Assembly: GCF_016592615.1 (NCBI RefSeq)
Contig: NZ_AP013043.1
Span: 1,050,001-1,082,000 of the forward strand
Length of the DNA stretch: 32,000 nucleotides
Reading direction: 5' to 3'
From: Isorropodon fossajaponicum endosymbiont JTNG4
GTDB taxonomy: Bacteria; Pseudomonadota; Gammaproteobacteria; PS1; Pseudothioglobaceae
Position 1 is the first letter of the stretch. Each line of letters starts with the position of its first letter. The position numbers were made by a program, and so were the translations under genes. The notes below the pieces were generated by a model. It did not search any database, had not been told where the DNA came from, and saw only the letters and a list, made by a program, of their open reading frames with translations. Shown piece by piece: positions 27,198-32,000 of this stretch.

Positions 27198-27701
27198 TTA
27201 AAAGTTCTCATCCCAATCAACCAAAATGGTTTGATTAATCATATCCACTTTAATTAAAAACGGTGAAATATAAGGCACCCAATGCTCTTTCTCGCCATTA
27301 ACCACAAGCACATTGTTCGAGCCAGTATCAACCAGATTAGACACCTTGCCAAGCACAATTTGTGCCTTATTAATTACTTCTAAACCAATTAAATCGTCCC
27401 AATAATACTCACCCGGTTTGAGTTGTGGTAATTGTGATTTTTCAATGTACAAATCAGTGCCTATATAAGCTCTAGACTGCTCTTTATCAAAAACATCTTT
27501 GATTTGCGCCACAATGGTTTTACCTTGCACGCGACCTTGAATAATCTCCAAGGTTTGCCAATTGCCATCAACATTGACATGCCACGGCTGATAAGATAAG
27601 ATATTTTTTCTTGGATGAGTGTGGGAGAAAATTTTCACCCAGCCTTGAACGCCAAAAAGGCCATTAATCTGCCCAACTAATAGCCTTTTGTTGTCAGACA
27701 T
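27198..27701 (-). CDS. rimM: 16S rRNA processing protein RimM
   Basis: LLVGQINGLFGVQGWVKI.S.T.P, PGEYYWDDLIGLEV and NVLVV. Start is set at MSDNKRLLVG (ATG 27699-27701). The longer 258-aa ORF overlaps rpsP out of frame. Confidence 0.85.
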   Translation of the reverse strand: MSDNKRLLVGQINGLFGVQGWVKIFSHTHPRKNILSYQPWHVNVDGNWQTLEIIQGRVQGKTIVAQIKDVFDKEQSRAYIGTDLYIEKSQLPQLKPGEYYWDDLIGLEVINKAQIVLGKVSNLVDTGSNNVLVVNGEKEHWVPYISPFLIKVDMINQTILVDWDENF

Positions 27702-27810
27702 AGATGGGGGTACTAAATTACTCAGTAGCCTTCTCCTCTTCTGTTGATGGCGCTTCTTGCTCGGTAGTTTCTGCCACTTCCTTTGCTGCCCCCCCTTTTC
27801 TTCTTCTACT

Positions 27811-28131
27811 TTAGCTTGTGTTGCTAGCTTTGGCTGCCACCAAAGCTGCTTTTGCTTGCTGAGTAGCAACACGCTTTTCACGAATTGAAGGGTCTTTGAA
27901 CTCCTTAACAAGCTGCTTAACACGATCAGAAATTTGTGCACCTTTTGATGTCCAGTACGCCAATCTATCTTCATCGACGGTCAGCCTAATTTCTTGTCCA
28001 CGGGCAACTGGATTAAAATATCCAAGTCGCTCAATGTAACCACTATCTCTGCGCTTTCTAGAGTCTGTTGCTACAATTGAATAAAAAGGTTTTTTCTTGG
28101 CTCCACCTCGGGCTAATCTAATTTTAACCAT
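27811..28131 (-). CDS. rpsP: 30S ribosomal protein S16
   Basis: [32 protein letters not shown]. It carries a Lys/Ala-rich C-terminal extension of about 25 aa. Confidence 0.93.
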   Translation of the reverse strand: MVKIRLARGGAKKKPFYSIVATDSRKRRDSGYIERLGYFNPVARGQEIRLTVDEDRLAYWTSKGAQISDRVKQLVKEFKDPSIREKRVATQQAKAALVAAKASNTS

Positions 28132-28191
28132 AGGTTTTTTGCTCCTTTTATATTATAAATTACTTACACCAAAAAGGTATAAGACGCGATA

Positions 28192-29619
<1,428 letters not shown>

Positions 29620-29691
29620 TTATGATACGAAAAAAGAGACAGAAATAAAATGATAAAATTATACACTTTATTATTTTGCACAGGGACTCAG

Positions 29692-32000
29692 ATGAAATCA
29701 GCCTACCTTCAACATGTTAATGAACGTCAGCAAGATAATTTGCCGCCACTTGCCTTAAATGCACAACAAACCAAATCAGTGGTTGAACATTTAATCAAAG
29801 ATGACGATGCGTCCTTCTATCTTGATTTATTGACCCATCGAATACCACCTGGTGTTGACGAGGCATCCTATGTAAAGGTCAGCTTTTTAAGCAGTGTTGC
29901 TAAAGGCAAGCAAGCCTGTCCTAGCATTTCTCAAGCGCACGCTACTTTCCTTTTAGGCACTATGATGGGTGGTTACAACATTGAGCCTCTGATTGAACTA
30001 CTGGATATTGATGCCACAAGAGAAAGCGCACAAACAGCACTGGCAAATACCTTATTGATTTATGAGGCATATCAAGCTATTGTTGATAAATCTCAAACCA
30101 ACCCTTACGCTAAGAGCGTTGTAGATAGCTGGGCAGATGCACAATGGTTTAACAAAAAAGCATCTTTGCCTCAAAAAATCAAATTAAGCGTTTTTCGTGT
30201 TGAGGGTGAAATCAATACGGATGATTTATCACCTGCAACACAAGCTTGGTCACGCCCAGACATTCCTTTGCATGCAAAATCCATGTTGATTAAAAAAATG
30301 AATAAACCACTTGAGATGATTGAAAAACTCAAGCAAAAAGGTCTACCATTAGTCTTTGTGGGTGATATTGTTGGCACAGGCTCTTCACGTAAATCTGCCA
30401 TTAACTCAGTACTTTGGCACATGGGTCACGATATTGATTACGTGCCCAATAAGCACAGTGGTGGTGTTGTGTTGGGTGGCAAAATCGCACCGATATTTTT
30501 TAACACTGCCCAAGATTCTGGTGCCCTGCCAATTGAGTGCGACGTTACCAAAATGCAAATGGGTGATGAAATCACAATTTATCCATTTGAAGGAAAAATT
30601 ACCAACAGCAGTGGCGAAACCATTTCAACTTTTAAACTCTCACCAACCACTCTATCTGATGAAGTACGTGCAGGAGGGCGAATTCCACTTATTATTGGCA
30701 GGGGCTTAACCGATAGAACTCGCCAAGACCTCGGCTTGCCTGTCTCAACTACTTTCTTGCGCCCACAAGACGTTAGTCAGAGTAATGCTGGCTACACATT
30801 AGCACAAAAAATTGTCGGCAAAGCTTGTGGTGTAGATGGCATTCACCCAGGCACTTATTGCGAGCCACGTATGTCTAGCGTAGGCTCACAGGACACCACA
30901 GGGGCAATGACACGCGATGAATTAAAAGAATTAGCCTGTCTTGGATTTTCAGCCGATTTAGTCATGCAAAGCTTTTGCCATACAGCTGCTTATCCCAAGC
31001 CTGTTGATTTAGAACTACAACATTCACTGCCTGATTTTATGCACTCACGTGGAGGCGTATCACTCAAACCGGGTGATGGCATTATCCATTCATGGCTTAA
31101 TCGCATGCTATTGCCTGACACAGTAGGCACAGGTGGCGATTCCCATACACGTTTTCCTATTGGCATTAGTTTTCCAGCCGGGTCTGGACTGGTTGCTTTT
31201 GGCGCTTCACTTGGTGTATTACCATTAAACATGCCTGAATCTGTTTTGGTATGCTTTACTGGCACAATGCAACCAGGTATTACCTTAAGAGATTTGGTCA
31301 ATGCAATCCCGTATATAGCCATACAAAAAGGCTTATTAACGGTTGAAAAATCTACCAAGAAGAACATCTTTTCAGGTCGTATTTTAGAGATTGAAGGCCT
31401 GAGTGATTTAAAAGTAGAGCAAGCATTTGAACTGGCTGATGCTTCGGCTGAGCGCTCTGCCAATGGTTGTACAATTAAGCTAAATAAAGAGCCTGTGATA
31501 GAATATCTAAACTCTAATATTGCTTTATTATCTTCAATGATTAATAAGGGCTATGAGGATAAAAAAACCCTCGCCAGACGAATTCAAGCTATGAAAAAAT
31601 GGCTAGATACGCCCGAATTACTAGTAGCAGATGCAGATTGTGAATATGCCGCAATGATTGACATTAACCTTAATGAAATTAAAGAGCCAATCTTAGCGTG
31701 TCCAAACGACCCAGATGATGTCAAACTACTTTCAGAAGTAGCCAATACCAAAATTGATGAAGTCTTTATTGGTTCTTGCATGACCAATATTGGTCACTTT
31801 AGAGTGGCTGCACAATTATTAAAGGACAAGTCAGAGCTGACAACTGAATTGTGGATTGCACCACCCACCCGAATGGATGAAGCGCAACTTAAGGCAGAAG
31901 GTGTATACGATATATTTGACAAACTAACTAAACATACCGAAATCCCTGGTTGTTCTTTATGCATGGGCAACCAAGCACGAGTCAAAGACAATGCTACAGT
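29692..32000 (+). CDS. acnB: Aconitate hydratase B / 2-methylisocitrate dehydratase AcnB; 3' end beyond window
   Basis: Not in the ORF track because there is no stop in the window. Hand translation from ATG 29692 is open to base 32000. It is collinear with E. coli AcnB as I recall it: [167 protein letters not shown]. Confidence 0.95.
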   Translation, partial: MKSAYLQHVNERQQDNLPPLALNAQQTKSVVEHLIKDDDASFYLDLLTHRIPPGVDEASYVKVSFLSSVAKGKQACPSISQAHATFLLGTMMGGYNIEPLIELLDIDATRESAQTALANTLLIYEAYQAIVDKSQTNPYAKSVVDSWADAQWFNKKASLPQKIKLSVFRVEGEINTDDLSPATQAWSRPDIPLHAKSMLIKKMNKPLEMIEKLKQKGLPLVFVGDIVGTGSSRKSAINSVLWHMGHDIDYVPNKHSGGVVLGGKIAPIFFNTAQDSGALPIECDVTKMQMGDEITIYPFEGKITNSSGETISTFKLSPTTLSDEVRAGGRIPLIIGRGLTDRTRQDLGLPVSTTFLRPQDVSQSNAGYTLAQKIVGKACGVDGIHPGTYCEPRMSSVGSQDTTGAMTRDELKELACLGFSADLVMQSFCHTAAYPKPVDLELQHSLPDFMHSRGGVSLKPGDGIIHSWLNRMLLPDTVGTGGDSHTRFPIGISFPAGSGLVAFGASLGVLPLNMPESVLVCFTGTMQPGITLRDLVNAIPYIAIQKGLLTVEKSTKKNIFSGRILEIEGLSDLKVEQAFELADASAERSANGCTIKLNKEPVIEYLNSNIALLSSMINKGYEDKKTLARRIQAMKKWLDTPELLVADADCEYAAMIDINLNEIKEPILACPNDPDDVKLLSEVANTKIDEVFIGSCMTNIGHFRVAAQLLKDKSELTTELWIAPPTRMDEAQLKAEGVYDIFDKLTKHTEIPGCSLCMGNQARVKDNAT

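Noticed and set aside
27702-27974. N-terminal 91 codons of the 258-aa ORF 27198-27974
   Set aside because: This part overlaps rpsP out of frame and is Lys/Arg/Gln-rich nonsense. RimM homology starts at MSDNKRLLVGQ, so the start was moved to 27701.
30171-31991. ORFs inside 30171-31991 on the minus strand (for example 30990-31463, 157 aa) and plus-strand ORF 30356-30709
   Set aside because: All lie within, and out of frame with or antisense to, the strongly supported acnB reading frame that runs off the window edge.

Overview
AT-rich gammaproteobacterial-type chromosome window. The gene content (SQR-like enzyme, Soe/Dms-type remnant, metE/metR, acnB, beta-carbonic anhydrase) fits a sulfur-oxidising, possibly host-associated lineage, but that assignment is inference only. 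The right two-thirds (17.0-32.0 kb) is ordinary housekeeping: tsaD, lptB, birA, dgkA, truA, metE/metR, an SLC13-type permease, beta-carbonic anhydrase, rimM, rpsP, purB and acnB. acnB runs off the 3' edge and is missing from the supplied ORF track. The left half is an accessory, eroded region. Two near-identical 1.3-kb IS3-family elements in inverted orientation (2392-3699 minus, 15485-16791 plus) bracket an 11.8-kb segment. That segment is almost entirely one giant (about 3,640 aa) type I-secreted, BapA/LapA-like repeat adhesin. The adhesin reading frame is broken by two single-T insertions 13 nt apart inside one of six near-identical 375-bp tandem repeats. All four IS junctions abut different truncated genes: a SoeB/DmsB-like Fe-S subunit, an unknown remnant, an IS256-family transposase and a bacterioferritin remnant. 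No target-site duplications are visible, which suggests IS-mediated rearrangement. Further pseudogenes are a SoeC/DmsC-like anchor with an in-frame TAA and a bactofilin gene with two frameshifts. I found no convincing novel multi-gene system such as a defence or secretion operon. The most interesting material is the IS-bracketed, internally hyper-repetitive orphan T1SS adhesin, the decayed Soe/Dms-type operon, and the shared recoding or defect signals in the IS copies.
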